Shown here: positions 19,395 to 35,000 of the stretch, piece after piece | Numbering within the stretch: position 1 is the stretch's first letter | Layout: each line of letters starts with the position of its first letter | Assembly (NCBI GenBank): GCA_004195515.1 | Contig: PSPR01000009.1 | Location: 13,170 to 77,169, forward strand | DNA from: Methanobacteriota archaeon | GTDB taxonomy: Archaea > Thermoplasmatota > Poseidoniia > Poseidoniales > Poseidoniaceae | Direction of reading: 5' to 3' | Length of the DNA stretch: 64,000 bases | Made by a program: the position numbers and the translations under genes | Notes under the pieces: generated by a model | What the model was told of the DNA's origin: nothing | Databases searched by the model: none | Seen by the model: only the letters and a program-made list of their open reading frames with translations

Positions 19395-21419
19395 TCAACT
19401 CCAAAGATTGTTTGCCGCTATTTCCATCACTAGCTTTTTGGCTTTTAATCGGCGTTTGTTTTCTAACCAAATTGCGAATAAACTGATACCGATTCCCACC
19501 ATTACCCATATGTGTTGATTCTCAACCAGTGAATCGACCGGTTGAATAGCAGAACTGCTTACCATCCGAGCAGAGTTGAGTTCTCCATCGGATTTCACCA
19601 AAATATCAATTTTATCAACTCCACAATTTGTGCAGAGTGAAATAACTAATGTTGAGGGGTACAATTCATCTTGGAATCCTCGCCACCGACCTTCAGAAAT
19701 ATCGGCTGGTTTAGTTGCCCAAGCAGGGTCCTGAACAACACTTATGCCGGTTGAAGACACCATTTCCATCCTCAGATGGACAACATTCGAGGTCGGTAAT
19801 TCTTCTACTACCATCAAACCTTCAAGTAAAATTAAATCGATCAGAATAGTCCTCGTTGCCAATAATGCAAATGTACTTGAATGGTCGTCTAATAATTCTC
19901 CTCCGGCATTGGTTCCGCCTTTGTCGGCTATTTTTGAAAATACCAATTTACCTATGTCTACTGAATCCAATGCCGGAATGTGCAATTGAAATCGGCCGTC
20001 ATCGAGAGGATATGCTGCATCGACCTCCAATCTTAAGCGTAAGGTATCTCCGTCTAACATCCCTAATGATGAACCGACATGCTGGGCTCTTGATGATGCT
20101 GGAGTTCCAGGATGAGATGCGTGCCAAAGTTGGTCAAGTCTTTGATCGATCAATTGATCAAGGTTCAATTCATCACTCGCTTGAGTTTCTCCTGCCATAG
20201 CCCAAACCGGAGATACAACACCTCCAACCAATAAGATGAGCACTCCGGGGACCAAAAGTCCATATCTGATCGGATTTGAAGTGCTATCTTGTCTTACCTC
20301 GATTGCTAGACCCATCATTATTGCAATCGATAACACCAACACCATGCCCCCAGCAGCAGCATTGAGTTCTACTTTTTGCGACTCATCTCCAGCCATCCCA
20401 AACCCGGAAGGATAAGTTGCATCGCCATCAAATTGTGTGGGATCGGTCGGACCTATGCCCTCAACAGCCAATATCCCAGCCCATTGATAAGGTTGGAAAG
20501 CGTTCAATTTTCCACCGATACATAGGGTGTGTGTACCGGTCGGCAATGCTCGCCATTGCCAGGTTAGGCGTAATTCTTCATCGCTTGAAGTAGTTATCAG
20601 TTCAGGGGTCGGGGCCAGACGTCGATCTGGTAAAATCAAATCCGGCTGTCCGTGTGATTGTTCAATTTCAGCCGGAACGACCTCCCAGAAAAAGGTCGCT
20701 CGCATAACCTCGTGCTCTACAATTTCAAAACTCCAACAATCTCGGTCGTCCTCCAATAAGGCTCCTTTGTGATTTACATCGAATTCGGTTTGAACCGGTG
20801 CTGAATCTGATGAAGGTTCATCGACATCTCTCAAACTCAAATTTTCCGACCAAATAATATCGAGTTTCATGAATGATGCACCGCGTAAATATAACTCCCA
20901 AGTCCCTGGCCTCTCGACATCGAATTCCAATAATATCTTTAGTTTTTCATCGGGCCATAAGAGACGGTCGCCTTCTAGGTTTAGTGGTTCGTCCTCCACT
21001 CTATAGGCGCCGTCGATGCCGTCGACTGGATTTTGGTCACCTTCAAACTCTATTTCGGTAATCGCTTGATCTACAATAATTGTGACCTTTGCATCCGGTC
21101 TTGTCAATCCAGCAAAATCGTCTTGATATCTCAAATCGATTTGTAATTCTTTTATCCGATCTGGAATCAATGCCAAATCGGTTTGCTCGGGGAACATCGG
21201 CAATTCGACCAAGACCCGGCTGGGAGACAATGGAGATGCTTGAGTTATTGACCCAGATACGACGTCTGCTCCAACTTGAAAGCGGGTGAGTGAGCAATCA
21301 TCTGCTGACTCACAAGAAAACCATAATTCTCCACCGTCAGTACTCGAATCTAGTCCAGCGTTGACTAAAGGCGCAAAACTTAGCAGCAACACGGAGAGCA
21401 CTGCTATCATCTTCGCCAT
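19395..21419 (-). CDS. large secreted/surface protein with N-terminal signal peptide and C-terminal transmembrane anchor
   Basis: Signal peptide MAKMIAVLSVLLLSFAPLVNA, an internal hydrophobic stretch, and a C-terminal TM helix followed by a basic tail (IWVMVGIGISLFAIWLENKRRLKAKK). Confidence 0.55.
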   Translation of the reverse strand: MAKMIAVLSVLLLSFAPLVNAGLDSSTDGGELWFSCESADDCSLTRFQVGADVVSGSITQASPLSPSRVLVELPMFPEQTDLALIPDRIKELQIDLRYQDDFAGLTRPDAKVTIIVDQAITEIEFEGDQNPVDGIDGAYRVEDEPLNLEGDRLLWPDEKLKILLEFDVERPGTWELYLRGASFMKLDIIWSENLSLRDVDEPSSDSAPVQTEFDVNHKGALLEDDRDCWSFEIVEHEVMRATFFWEVVPAEIEQSHGQPDLILPDRRLAPTPELITTSSDEELRLTWQWRALPTGTHTLCIGGKLNAFQPYQWAGILAVEGIGPTDPTQFDGDATYPSGFGMAGDESQKVELNAAAGGMVLVLSIAIMMGLAIEVRQDSTSNPIRYGLLVPGVLILLVGGVVSPVWAMAGETQASDELNLDQLIDQRLDQLWHASHPGTPASSRAQHVGSSLGMLDGDTLRLRLEVDAAYPLDDGRFQLHIPALDSVDIGKLVFSKIADKGGTNAGGELLDDHSSTFALLATRTILIDLILLEGLMVVEELPTSNVVHLRMEMVSSTGISVVQDPAWATKPADISEGRWRGFQDELYPSTLVISLCTNCGVDKIDILVKSDGELNSARMVSSSAIQPVDSLVENQHIWVMVGIGISLFAIWLENKRRLKAKKLVMEIAANNLWS

Positions 21420-21445
21420 ATTAGATGACGCTTGGAACGAGGTAA

Positions 21446-21985
21446 TCACTTTGACCCATCCATGGGTTTGTCGATCAGAGGTGCTTTACAAGTTTTGCAC
21501 ATATATTTCCCCCGACCTCTTTTCTGGCGGGGGTACTCCTTGGCGCATTTTGGGCAAATCCACAACCAAGATGCTCTATTTAGACGTAATTCCTCTGTGA
21601 ATTTTCCGCCTAATTTTCCGGATTTTTTTGATGGCCAAAGATTTTCGAGCGATCTGAAGGTCGAGTTATGTGGTAAAAAACCAAGTGCGTGAATGAATTC
21701 ATGATGTAAAACCCAAGCCGCGTAAGCTTGCCATTTCTCAGTAAATAATTGTGGGTGTAAATCGATAACTTCCACATCTGAAACACTGACCGGTTTTAGA
21801 ATTCCCTTTTTCCATCTCGTGACACCATGACGTTGAGTAGCACTCTTTCTCAACACTCCTAAATCAATTGAACTCAATGAAGTAAGTTGGTCATCACTCC
21901 AAACTCCAATGCCGTACATCACCTCGATGACCAACTCCCTCAAGTCGTCGAGAAGTTGGGATTGGGTAGTGGATGGCTTTACCAT
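21446..21985 (-). CDS. SprT-like zinc metalloprotease domain protein with C-terminal zinc ribbon
   Basis: HExxH motif in VLHHEFIHALG, then two CxxC pairs (CPKC...CKTC) at the C-terminus. Confidence 0.6.
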   Translation of the reverse strand: MVKPSTTQSQLLDDLRELVIEVMYGIGVWSDDQLTSLSSIDLGVLRKSATQRHGVTRWKKGILKPVSVSDVEVIDLHPQLFTEKWQAYAAWVLHHEFIHALGFLPHNSTFRSLENLWPSKKSGKLGGKFTEELRLNRASWLWICPKCAKEYPRQKRGRGKYMCKTCKAPLIDKPMDGSK

Positions 21986-22450
21986 TCAAGACCACCGGTG
22001 AAAGGCAGGATGTCCTTCTTTTACCGCAACGAATAATCCTGTTCCGGTTGCACAAACCTTACCTGCAGCTGTCATCGTTAATGCAATGGTTGCCCTATCA
22101 TCGCAAATGTCCTCGACCTTTCCTACTATGTGCAATTGCTCACCCAATGGGGTAGGTCTGCGAAGCTTAACCGAATAAGAGGCGGTGACTGTGCACGGTG
22201 GTTCATCCATCGAATGTCGATCCATCAAAGCTACCGCTGCGGTCCAATTTCCATGACAATCTAATAGAGTGCCAATAATTCCACCATTTATCATTCCGGG
22301 GAATGCTTGGTGTTCATGTGAAGGTGTGAAAAATAATTCCAATCCCTCTTCACACCGAGTTGAGTCTATTCGTAGTCCCTTTGAATTCGCAGGGCCACAG
22401 CCAAAACAAATCGAGGTCGGTGCAAATTCTCGTTGAACTCCTTGTCGCAT
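21986..22450 (-). CDS. hotdog-fold acyl-CoA thioesterase (PaaI/YbgC-like)
   Basis: Hotdog-fold thioesterase core: GMINGGIIGTLLDCHGNW...TVTASYSVKLRRPTPLGEQLHIVGKV. The ORF runs on to 23020, but that extension is antisense to a well-supported + strand gene, so the internal ATG at 22450 is used. Confidence 0.7.
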   Translation of the reverse strand: MRQGVQREFAPTSICFGCGPANSKGLRIDSTRCEEGLELFFTPSHEHQAFPGMINGGIIGTLLDCHGNWTAAVALMDRHSMDEPPCTVTASYSVKLRRPTPLGEQLHIVGKVEDICDDRATIALTMTAAGKVCATGTGLFVAVKEGHPAFHRWS

Positions 22451-22529
22451 CGGTTTAATCCATTGCAAAGGGGTTGATTTCAATTGTGTTGACCCAGCAC
22501 CTTGATGACCATGTTCTCGATGGCATATC

Positions 22530-23789
22530 ATGGGTCGGAAGAAGCGCACCGTGAGGGTCGCACACGAACTTCCAAAATCCCGTCGCAAATCTATTGCTAA
22601 GGCCCTAGAAGAACATACTTCAGAAACCAAAGAAGAGTGGGACCGAGGTTCTGAATGGAAGGAAATCAGGTTCTTTCGGAAACGGGTTAAAGTCGGCGAA
22701 ATGAGAACTATAATGATGCCAATCACTGTTTTCCACGGAACAAGACCTGGGCCCGTCATAACTATCATCGGTGGTACCCACGGCGATGAATTGACTGGGC
22801 CAAGCGCTTGTACCAACCTTTTATCGAATACATTTACTGGTTTAGGAGGGGCTCTCGACCCCCAAACTATGGCTGGAACCGTCCGAATCGTCCCCGTGCT
22901 TAATCTCCCGGGATATCGTATGAAGTCGAGATATTTCCCCGATGGAAGAGATCTCAATCGAGCATTTCCTGGACGAGCCAAAGGAAATACTACCTCGAGG
23001 GTTGCCGTTACTGTCAACAAACATTTGATCGAAGGTTCGGATGTGATTATCGATCTACATAGTGCTGCTCAAGGGCGTTCGAATATGCCACAAATCCGAG
23101 CTGATTTAACCCACCCAGAATCACATTTACTAGCCAAGGCCTTCGGGATTGAGATCGTACTCGATAGCCGGCCGCCAAAGGGGAGCCTTCGGCGATGTGC
23201 CAATGGCAAGGATATCGCAACGGTAACCTATGAGGGCGGAGGCGCAAATTGGCTTGACCAAAGTGCAGTAAAAGTCGCAGTGCATGGTTGTCTGAATGTA
23301 TTGAGATCGTTAAAGGTAATTCCAAATAATCCAAGTCGACCAAAATTCCGACTCAAAGCCGCAGGCTCGACTTGGCTAAGAGCAGGCGAAGGTGGCCTGC
23401 TCGACATGTTCGTATCACCTGGTAGTTTGGTAACTCGCGGCGATATCATTGCGACAATATCGGATCCTGGTACACCGGGATTATCTGTAGATATCGTCGC
23501 ACCTGAAGACGGTTTGATGATTTGCACCGCAACTAATCCCTTCGTTGCAGCAGGAATGCCAGTCGGTCATTTTCTACCGGTCACAAAGCACATGGATTTG
23601 CTCCTGGGTCAAATCGATGACCGTAATTGCCTCATAGTCAATGGCAGTCAAGGCCAACCGATCTGGCGAGAAGAAGATGTAGAATTGGTCGAAATAGAAG
23701 TTGAGGGCGAGTGGTCTAGTGGCTCGGTTGATGCCGAATGGAACGAGGTCAATGCTGAAGAATCCGAGCAAGAAGAAGCCGAAAGTTGA
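22530..23789 (+). CDS. succinylglutamate desuccinylase / aspartoacylase (AstE-AspA) family zinc deacylase
   Basis: Family motifs PGPVITIIGGTHGDELTG, DLNRAFPG and IIDLHSA. Acidic C-terminal tail. Confidence 0.75.
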   Translation: MGRKKRTVRVAHELPKSRRKSIAKALEEHTSETKEEWDRGSEWKEIRFFRKRVKVGEMRTIMMPITVFHGTRPGPVITIIGGTHGDELTGPSACTNLLSNTFTGLGGALDPQTMAGTVRIVPVLNLPGYRMKSRYFPDGRDLNRAFPGRAKGNTTSRVAVTVNKHLIEGSDVIIDLHSAAQGRSNMPQIRADLTHPESHLLAKAFGIEIVLDSRPPKGSLRRCANGKDIATVTYEGGGANWLDQSAVKVAVHGCLNVLRSLKVIPNNPSRPKFRLKAAGSTWLRAGEGGLLDMFVSPGSLVTRGDIIATISDPGTPGLSVDIVAPEDGLMICTATNPFVAAGMPVGHFLPVTKHMDLLLGQIDDRNCLIVNGSQGQPIWREEDVELVEIEVEGEWSSGSVDAEWNEVNAEESEQEEAES

Positions 23790-23791
23790 AC

Positions 23792-25051
23792 CTAGTACAT
23801 CGCGTGATACTGGGCAACTGCGGCGTGAATTTCATCGTCTTCCATATTTCGAGGCTGGCTTTTTGCAATCTCAAATAAATGAGATACCAATTCGTCTTCC
23901 ACATGAATTTCGTTTTGCTCCAACCACCAAATAATATTTGACTTACCTGACATATGTCCAATTCGGATAATTTGCTCCATTCCAAAATCACCTGCAGGAA
24001 CTCCAGAGTAAACTCGGTCAGCAAGCCACATGTCACCCTTGCGAATCGCTTTGATAACAGCACTAGCGTGAACACCGGTTCCGGTTTCGAATGCATCTTG
24101 ACCAAAAACCGGATAGTTTCGAGGCAAAGGAACTTTGATGTACTCATTTGCCTTTTTCATGTAATCGCCCAATAAACTGAGGTCGTTATCGATTACTCCC
24201 ATCAATGAAAGGTTGACCATAGTTTGGTCAATCGGCGCATTTCCTGCTCTTTCGCCTACACCGAGTGCCGTTCCATGAATTACATCTGCACCAGCTTCTA
24301 CCGCCGCTATATTATTTGCAACGCCCAATCCACGGTCTTGGTGACCGTGCCAATTAACCTCGATTTCTCGACGTTGATATCCGCCATCTTTGATGACTTC
24401 TTCATCGATGAAAGAGAGTAATTGCTTCACTCCATTTGGAGTAACGTGGCCGCAGGTATCACAAATACAAAGTCGTCTGACACCTAATTCCATCGCTCGA
24501 TCATAGATTTGTTTAATATCTTCTGGTTTCGATCGAGTGGTATCCTCGGTTACGAACATGACTGGAACATCGTTTTCAACTGCAAATCCCACCGCTTTTT
24601 CCATGGTTGATAGTAATTTATCCATGGTCCAACCTTCGGTGAATTGGCGAATTGGCGATGTGCCTAAAAATGCGCTAGCCTGGATTGGCACCCCATGCTT
24701 TTCTTGTAATTTAACCAGAGGTTCAATATCTCCCATCAAGGTTCTAACCGCCGCACCAGGGCTAATTTTGTAATTGTTTTCGACGATGTGGCTCATCATT
24801 TTATCGATATGATTAATGTGAAATGGCCCTGCACCTGGCAAACCTAAATCGACTTTTTGAATAGATAATTTCTCCATAAAGTCTAGCAATTCGATCTTTT
24901 GTTCAATCGTTGGATTCAATGCACTTGGGGATTGTAATCCATCGCGCAGTGTTTCATCATCGAACCAAACCCCATGAGGATGATTCGAAGCAACGCGTGA
25001 ATACTCATAATCTACTAGATTCCAATCATAAATTAGGTTTTTTTCATCCAT
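23792..25051 (-). CDS. LeuA/NifV/CimA-family (DRE-TIM) 2-oxoacid:acetyl-CoA synthase (isopropylmalate / citramalate / homocitrate synthase-like), short form
   Basis: Family motifs ETLRDGLQSP and HGHQDRGLGVANNIAAVEAGADVIHGTALGVGERAGNAPID. ATG at 25051 (MDEKN) is preceded by GGTAGGTGA. Confidence 0.8.
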   Translation of the reverse strand: MDEKNLIYDWNLVDYEYSRVASNHPHGVWFDDETLRDGLQSPSALNPTIEQKIELLDFMEKLSIQKVDLGLPGAGPFHINHIDKMMSHIVENNYKISPGAAVRTLMGDIEPLVKLQEKHGVPIQASAFLGTSPIRQFTEGWTMDKLLSTMEKAVGFAVENDVPVMFVTEDTTRSKPEDIKQIYDRAMELGVRRLCICDTCGHVTPNGVKQLLSFIDEEVIKDGGYQRREIEVNWHGHQDRGLGVANNIAAVEAGADVIHGTALGVGERAGNAPIDQTMVNLSLMGVIDNDLSLLGDYMKKANEYIKVPLPRNYPVFGQDAFETGTGVHASAVIKAIRKGDMWLADRVYSGVPAGDFGMEQIIRIGHMSGKSNIIWWLEQNEIHVEDELVSHLFEIAKSQPRNMEDDEIHAAVAQYHAMY

Positions 25052-25139
25052 ATTAATAATCACCTACCGTATGAGAGTCGACGCTCCCCATTAGGGCAGA
25101 TGAGCGGTCAGCCTTTGAACCCGTCGGAGGTAAAGCAGT

Positions 25140-29820
<4,681 letters not shown>

Positions 29821-30052
29821 TCAGTTATTGTGGTTTTGTATGTTATGATATCTTGTGAAATTCTTACAAAATGTCGGTTTTTCTCATCAGGATGATAAGA
29901 GTTTAAAAATACTCAAATATTCTTCCGAAAAACAGCGCTCAGTCCGACGAATCCACAGGTACCTTCCACACCTGTTTAAGAGGGTACCAAAGGGGGTATA
30001 TCAACCTAGTTACCACCCCCCTTTGAAAGTGGTTGATTAAAGTGAGATTTTC

Positions 30053-30089
30053 GCATTCAGAACTCTCATTATATACATTATCTGAATGC
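30053..30089. promoter_or_regulatory. 9-bp inverted repeat GCATTCAGA/TCTGAATGC flanking a TATATA-containing 19-nt spacer in the gyrB-aroD divergent intergenic region
   Basis: Read directly from the sequence. The dyad brackets a TATA-like box ~45-60 nt upstream of aroD. A second G/C-rich hairpin, CAAAGGGGG/CCCCCTTTG, lies at 29988-30025. Confidence 0.45.
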
Positions 30090-30145
30090 GCATATGAACG
30101 ATATCCATCGCAAGCGTTAATGAAGAAGTGCAGGTCGCCCAAAGC

Positions 30146-30940
30146 ATGGCTGACCCAAAGGTATGCGTCGCACTCGATGGTACTTCCGTCGCAGAAATGA
30201 CCGATGAAGCTGCTCGAGCAAACCTGGCTGGTGCAGACTTGGTCGAAGTAAGATTCGACAGACTGTACCTCATTAAGCCAGACCCAACTATCACTGAGGA
30301 AGAAGAGGGCGAGAGATCGGTCATGCCTCCAGAACATGATTGGGAAACCAAAGCATATGGCGAAGTTGAAATCGACTCATCAATCGCTTCACTAAAGCAA
30401 GGATTACCTTTGCCGGTCATCTTCACCGTTCGCCCTGTATCCGAAGGTGGATTTTTCCCAGGGGTCGAAACCGAAAGAATCGAAATCCTAGAAAAAGCGA
30501 TCGAATCAAATGTTTCATGGGTCGACCTCGAACTTTCCATAGATGAAAAAACCCGCACTAAATTGGTTAGTGCAGCAAAATCAGCCGGATGTAGCATCGT
30601 CGCTTCAAGACACGATATCAATGGAATGCCAGATTCTGCAACGATTGCAGACTTGGTCAGAGATAACCAAGAAAATGGCGATATTGTCAAGTTCTGTGGT
30701 AGTGCTCGCAACCACAATGATGCTTTGCAAATAGTTGATGCAGCGTTCACTTTGAACGGTGAAAATTTAGCTCATAGCCTGATGGCTTTGAGCAGCGGCG
30801 GTGATTGGCCTCGTTTACACGCCCCAATCCTTGACCAAAGTATCGTTTATGCAACCTTGCAAAATGAATTCCGCTTATCGGACAAGGGCTTGATCAATGT
30901 TCGTGACCTTCGGGATGCTTGGACTCTTCTAGAGTACTAA
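30146..30940 (+). CDS. aroD: type I 3-dehydroquinate dehydratase (shikimate pathway)
   Basis: AroD type I pattern: VCVALDGTS...AGADLVEVRFD...VDLEL...IVASRHDINGMPD...GDIVKFC. The ORF-track start at 30128 is a GTG; ATGGCTGAC at 30146 is used. Confidence 0.8.
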   Translation: MADPKVCVALDGTSVAEMTDEAARANLAGADLVEVRFDRLYLIKPDPTITEEEEGERSVMPPEHDWETKAYGEVEIDSSIASLKQGLPLPVIFTVRPVSEGGFFPGVETERIEILEKAIESNVSWVDLELSIDEKTRTKLVSAAKSAGCSIVASRHDINGMPDSATIADLVRDNQENGDIVKFCGSARNHNDALQIVDAAFTLNGENLAHSLMALSSGGDWPRLHAPILDQSIVYATLQNEFRLSDKGLINVRDLRDAWTLLEY

Positions 30941-30948
30941 ATTTAACC

Positions 30949-31965
30949 CTACTGCTCTAATGTTGGAATAAGTCCTGCTTGCTCCTCGGCCTTGCTTTGA
31001 ACCAAAGTAAGACCTGCAGACATATATCGCTTATTCATCACAAGAGGCACCGCTAAGGTCGCAATCATAAATCCCATGCAAACCAATGCTACGCTCCAAG
31101 TCGGAAGGATGGTTGACCTTTCTTCGGTAATGATTGAGATATCAGCGACCATTAAGGAGCCATCAGGATTTGCATCATCCCGGTGGGAATTATTTGTATT
31201 ATCCAATAAAATGTGGAAATACTCGATACTGCCGTCGTCAAAGAATCCTGAATATTCCTCAGGTGCATCTAAAGAGACCGAGAAGCGAACATCTTGCACT
31301 TGTTCGTATTGGTGACTATCTCGATAAGAACTCCACCCTGTAACATCAAAAGAGCGCCATTCCGGAGACAATTCCCAAGTATCCCCGCCATCGCCATTCC
31401 AAGAATACCCTCCATTGAGAGAATTATATGTTTGAGAATATCTATCCCATTGAGTTGAAGTGAGCAAATATACATCGCCGGTATATTCATCATAGCCACC
31501 ACCTGTTCTTGGTGTGGTAAATGTCACACAAATTGTGGTTTTCATGGTGTGATCGAGATTTATTCTAATTATTCCGACCGAACCACTTCCTACCAAATAA
31601 CTGGTCTGGATATCAGCACTAATCATCTCCAGATCGTTGTACGGTTCGCTTAATTGCCAACTTTCTTCCGGCCCCTCATAATCCAGAGTCTCCTCTGAAT
31701 TTTGTTCATTGTTTTGATCATTATGGTCTCGTTTTTGCCTCGAGTCATCCTCGAAATAATAATCATCCCAAGCATTGACGCTATCGGGTGTTTTAGAAAA
31801 GCGTTCAATCGTCTTATTCCAAGGGATAGATTCGACAAAGTCTCCTTCACAGCGCTGTGCTGCGGATGCTGAATCTATTGGAGACAAAGTAGAAGGAAGC
31901 AAAGTGGGTAAAATGAGTACAGCCAATACCAACCAAACAAAATTCATCCTCATCGCATTCACCAC
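30949..31965 (-). CDS. secreted surface protein with signal peptide and C-terminal TM anchor
   Basis: N-terminal signal MRMNFVWLVLAVLILPTLLPS, a W/Y/D-rich ectodomain, and a C-terminal TM (WSVALVCMGFMIATLAVPLVM). Confidence 0.5.
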   Translation of the reverse strand: MVNAMRMNFVWLVLAVLILPTLLPSTLSPIDSASAAQRCEGDFVESIPWNKTIERFSKTPDSVNAWDDYYFEDDSRQKRDHNDQNNEQNSEETLDYEGPEESWQLSEPYNDLEMISADIQTSYLVGSGSVGIIRINLDHTMKTTICVTFTTPRTGGGYDEYTGDVYLLTSTQWDRYSQTYNSLNGGYSWNGDGGDTWELSPEWRSFDVTGWSSYRDSHQYEQVQDVRFSVSLDAPEEYSGFFDDGSIEYFHILLDNTNNSHRDDANPDGSLMVADISIITEERSTILPTWSVALVCMGFMIATLAVPLVMNKRYMSAGLTLVQSKAEEQAGLIPTLEQ

Positions 31966-32011
31966 CCCTTACAGGGGTGACTTAGGAGTAGGGGGTTAAT
32001 CGGCTTTACCT

Positions 32012-35000
32012 TCAACGGCGCCTTCTCAATGGGCGAACATATCCACTAGAATCACTTCGACGTTCATCCTTTGAAAGAATACTTGGCACCGGCGGCGGTG
32101 CATGGTGATCCATGCCCAAAACGCCGCCGAAAGATTCAACCTCATCGACATCATATGTTTGAGCAGCTTGTTCTGCAGCCTCTTCAACTTCAGATGGGCT
32201 CCTCATCACACCCCAGCCCAGCAGCAGAACCGCTGCGATAAGAGCTAGAATCACGAATGATTCACCGCTTGCATCAACCAGCCAATTCTTCCAATCTTGG
32301 ACTGAGAAATCAGATAAACTCGCAGGCTCAGTAGCTTGTTCTAGCACATTTAACTCGACATCTTGAATCACACAAACACCCATGCCGTCGCAAATTTCTA
32401 AACGCATGGTTTTCAAACCAACTTCGGCCCATGTTGCCTGAAGCCTTATGCCATCTGAGCCGCTTGGGATTTGCCAATCATCTGCACTATCGCCGTTTGA
32501 ATCATCATCAATATCGATATCGAACTCCCACCTGACTTCTAGAGTGGATGAGACCCGCTCATCATGATCGGTGTGAAGTCCATCGTTAACATCTAAATCC
32601 CGCCAGACGATATAAGAAGATTCGAATTCAACATCGCTGATATTTGCTTTGAGGGATGCGCCGAGTCCAACACGGATTTCATCGGGTAGAATTATTTCAT
32701 TTATTACTGGTGCATTATTCACAATAATAGTGAATGATTCACGGCTTACATCGCCGGTTAAATAAGCATCTCGAACGGTTAAAGTTACTGTGTAAGTACC
32801 TGCTCGTTCGTAAGAGTGCCAAGGCATAGCACCATGAGAAATTGGTGATGCGTCCCCGAAGTCCCATGAGTAGTCAGTGATTCCGTTCCAATCGGAATGA
32901 TTTGATTCCAAAGGGACAAATCTTCCTTCAAATCTACGGTCGCCATCCCTAGTTCCAGCCGAATCAAAGAACAACATTTGCCCAGGAGTAGTCACCGTAT
33001 TTCCAATGTCATCGAATGTATGAGACCAGCCCGAAGGAAGAACACCGACACCCATTGGCGTTGTCGAAGTGATCAAATCGCCATCGAGCCAAGCATCAAG
33101 AATTCGCACATGAATCGAAGGCAACGGGTTTTGAATCCTAATTGTCAAAATCCTTTGTTCACTAAAATCTCCATCTTCGTCGGTTACAAATAAGGTGGCA
33201 TAATGTTCACCAGGAGTTGAAAAGTTGTGGGTTACCAAAGCATTTTGGGAAGTTGATCCATCTGAAAAGGTCCAATTAAATTCGAGTGCACTAGAGTCAC
33301 CGATTGTCCCATCCGGGTCAAAACTATTACGGCCATCGAAAGTATAAGGCACATCAACTTCACCATCACTTACTCTAAAATCAATTTCAGGCGAGCCAAC
33401 GGTTGCGCTGTCCCTTACAACAAATTGAGCTATAGGTAATTGGTTCAAAACCTGAATTGTCAATTGGGCAGTAGTAGCAGACCCATCATCATCCACTACT
33501 GTCAAATTTACATATTTTAGACCAGCGGCATTCCAAGCCACCATTGGATTTTGATCGCTCGAAGAAATATCGATGAAAAGGTTACTTCTATCAATCGAAC
33601 CACCTTCCAGATTTATACCATCATAGAATTGCCAATTCCAAGAAATAATTTCACCATCAGGATCTTCGAAAACATCCGGTAACATTACTGGCGTGAATGT
33701 ATCTGTAACTATCAAATCATTGAAAATTTGTTCAGGGACTCGATTGTTTACATGAATTTGAATTAATTTTGTGCCATTATTCACTCCATCATTCACCGTC
33801 AATGTGAGTGTATAAGTCGTGTTGGCCACAACACCATCTGGCCACAGATGATGTGCTTGAGCATTTCCAACACCACCTTCTGAAGTCGTGTCTCCCCAAT
33901 CCCAATCAAAATTCAAAAAGGAAAGGGGTACATTATCCGTTGTTCTTGCAGCACTAAATAAAATCCTTTGACCGGTTAAAATGCTTAGATCAGAACCTAT
34001 TACAACACCATTTACCGATATAATTGGGGTCGGAGGTGTGATGTCGGTAATATTGACCGTAGTATTATGCATCGATGACCAAGATCCGCCTTGGTCGAGA
34101 ACACGAAGGGTCACATTATACTCGCCTGGGGCTCTATACAATCGGACCGGGCTCTTGAGTGAAGAGGTATTTCCATCATCAAAATCCCATGAATATGCTA
34201 CTGGAGCATCAAGATATGGAAGGGTATTATTGCTCAGAGAAATCCCCCATGCATCGAAACCATTTCCAACATATTGCAGATTTTCCCAGGTTTGTGCTAC
34301 TGGAGGATCGACCGAACCATTTGATACTGGGCGCATATTATCAAGATAAATCGCACCTGTTTGCGAGGTATCGATTACATCTCCAAGCATATCCCTCATA
34401 GTCAATGCAAAGGAATGGATCTCGCTCTTGGATGCGGTGAACCAAAACTCGGTATTGACATCAACACCGCTACCAGCAGCGACTCGGGTTGTGAGTGAAT
34501 CAACTGTCACACCTGAACTATTTCTCGCTTCGATGGTTACATCGAGATCTTCAAAGAAAGCATTTGATAATACATTGAAGTCGACCATTACGGTGTCGAC
34601 ATCTAGGTCGCCATCCCGGTCACTTGTTTGAGAAGAATTTACCGAAAGGGTTGCTGGAGAGGTAATTCGAGCAGCCTCAACATCAATTGTTCCTTGTGGA
34701 TATGATGAACCACATGAAGTATAATCGCAATCGCCTTGATTGCTTGCATACCAAGTGATCGCCCAAATCTCATCGGTTGCATTGCCAAAACCAGGAACTA
34801 ATGCAGTTCCGACTGCACCATTGAAATTTATATCGGTTCGAGAATAAATCCCATCTGCTGATGCTCGGCTGATAACTACACCATCCATCCCTGGGACATC
34901 ACCTGTAAATCTCATCGTAAGAGGTGCAGGTGAGGCACTACCTGGGGTGAATTTGAACACTCTAACCCCCCATCCTTCGATACCGTTACCGGTTGAAGAC

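Noticed and set aside
22451-23020. 570-bp N-terminal extension of the thioesterase ORF (344-aa version)
   Set aside because: Fully antisense to the well-supported AstE/AspA-family gene, with no motifs. The internal ATG at 22450 gives a normal-length hotdog protein.
25052-25139. Possible tRNA or small RNA in the GC-rich gyrA/LeuA-like spacer
   Set aside because: No cloverleaf could be built: no acceptor-stem pairing and no D or T loop motifs in the right order. Kept only as a structured-spacer observation.
30037-30750. 237-aa ORF antisense to aroD
   Set aside because: Ser/Ala-rich with no motifs. The opposite strand carries a clear type I dehydroquinase.
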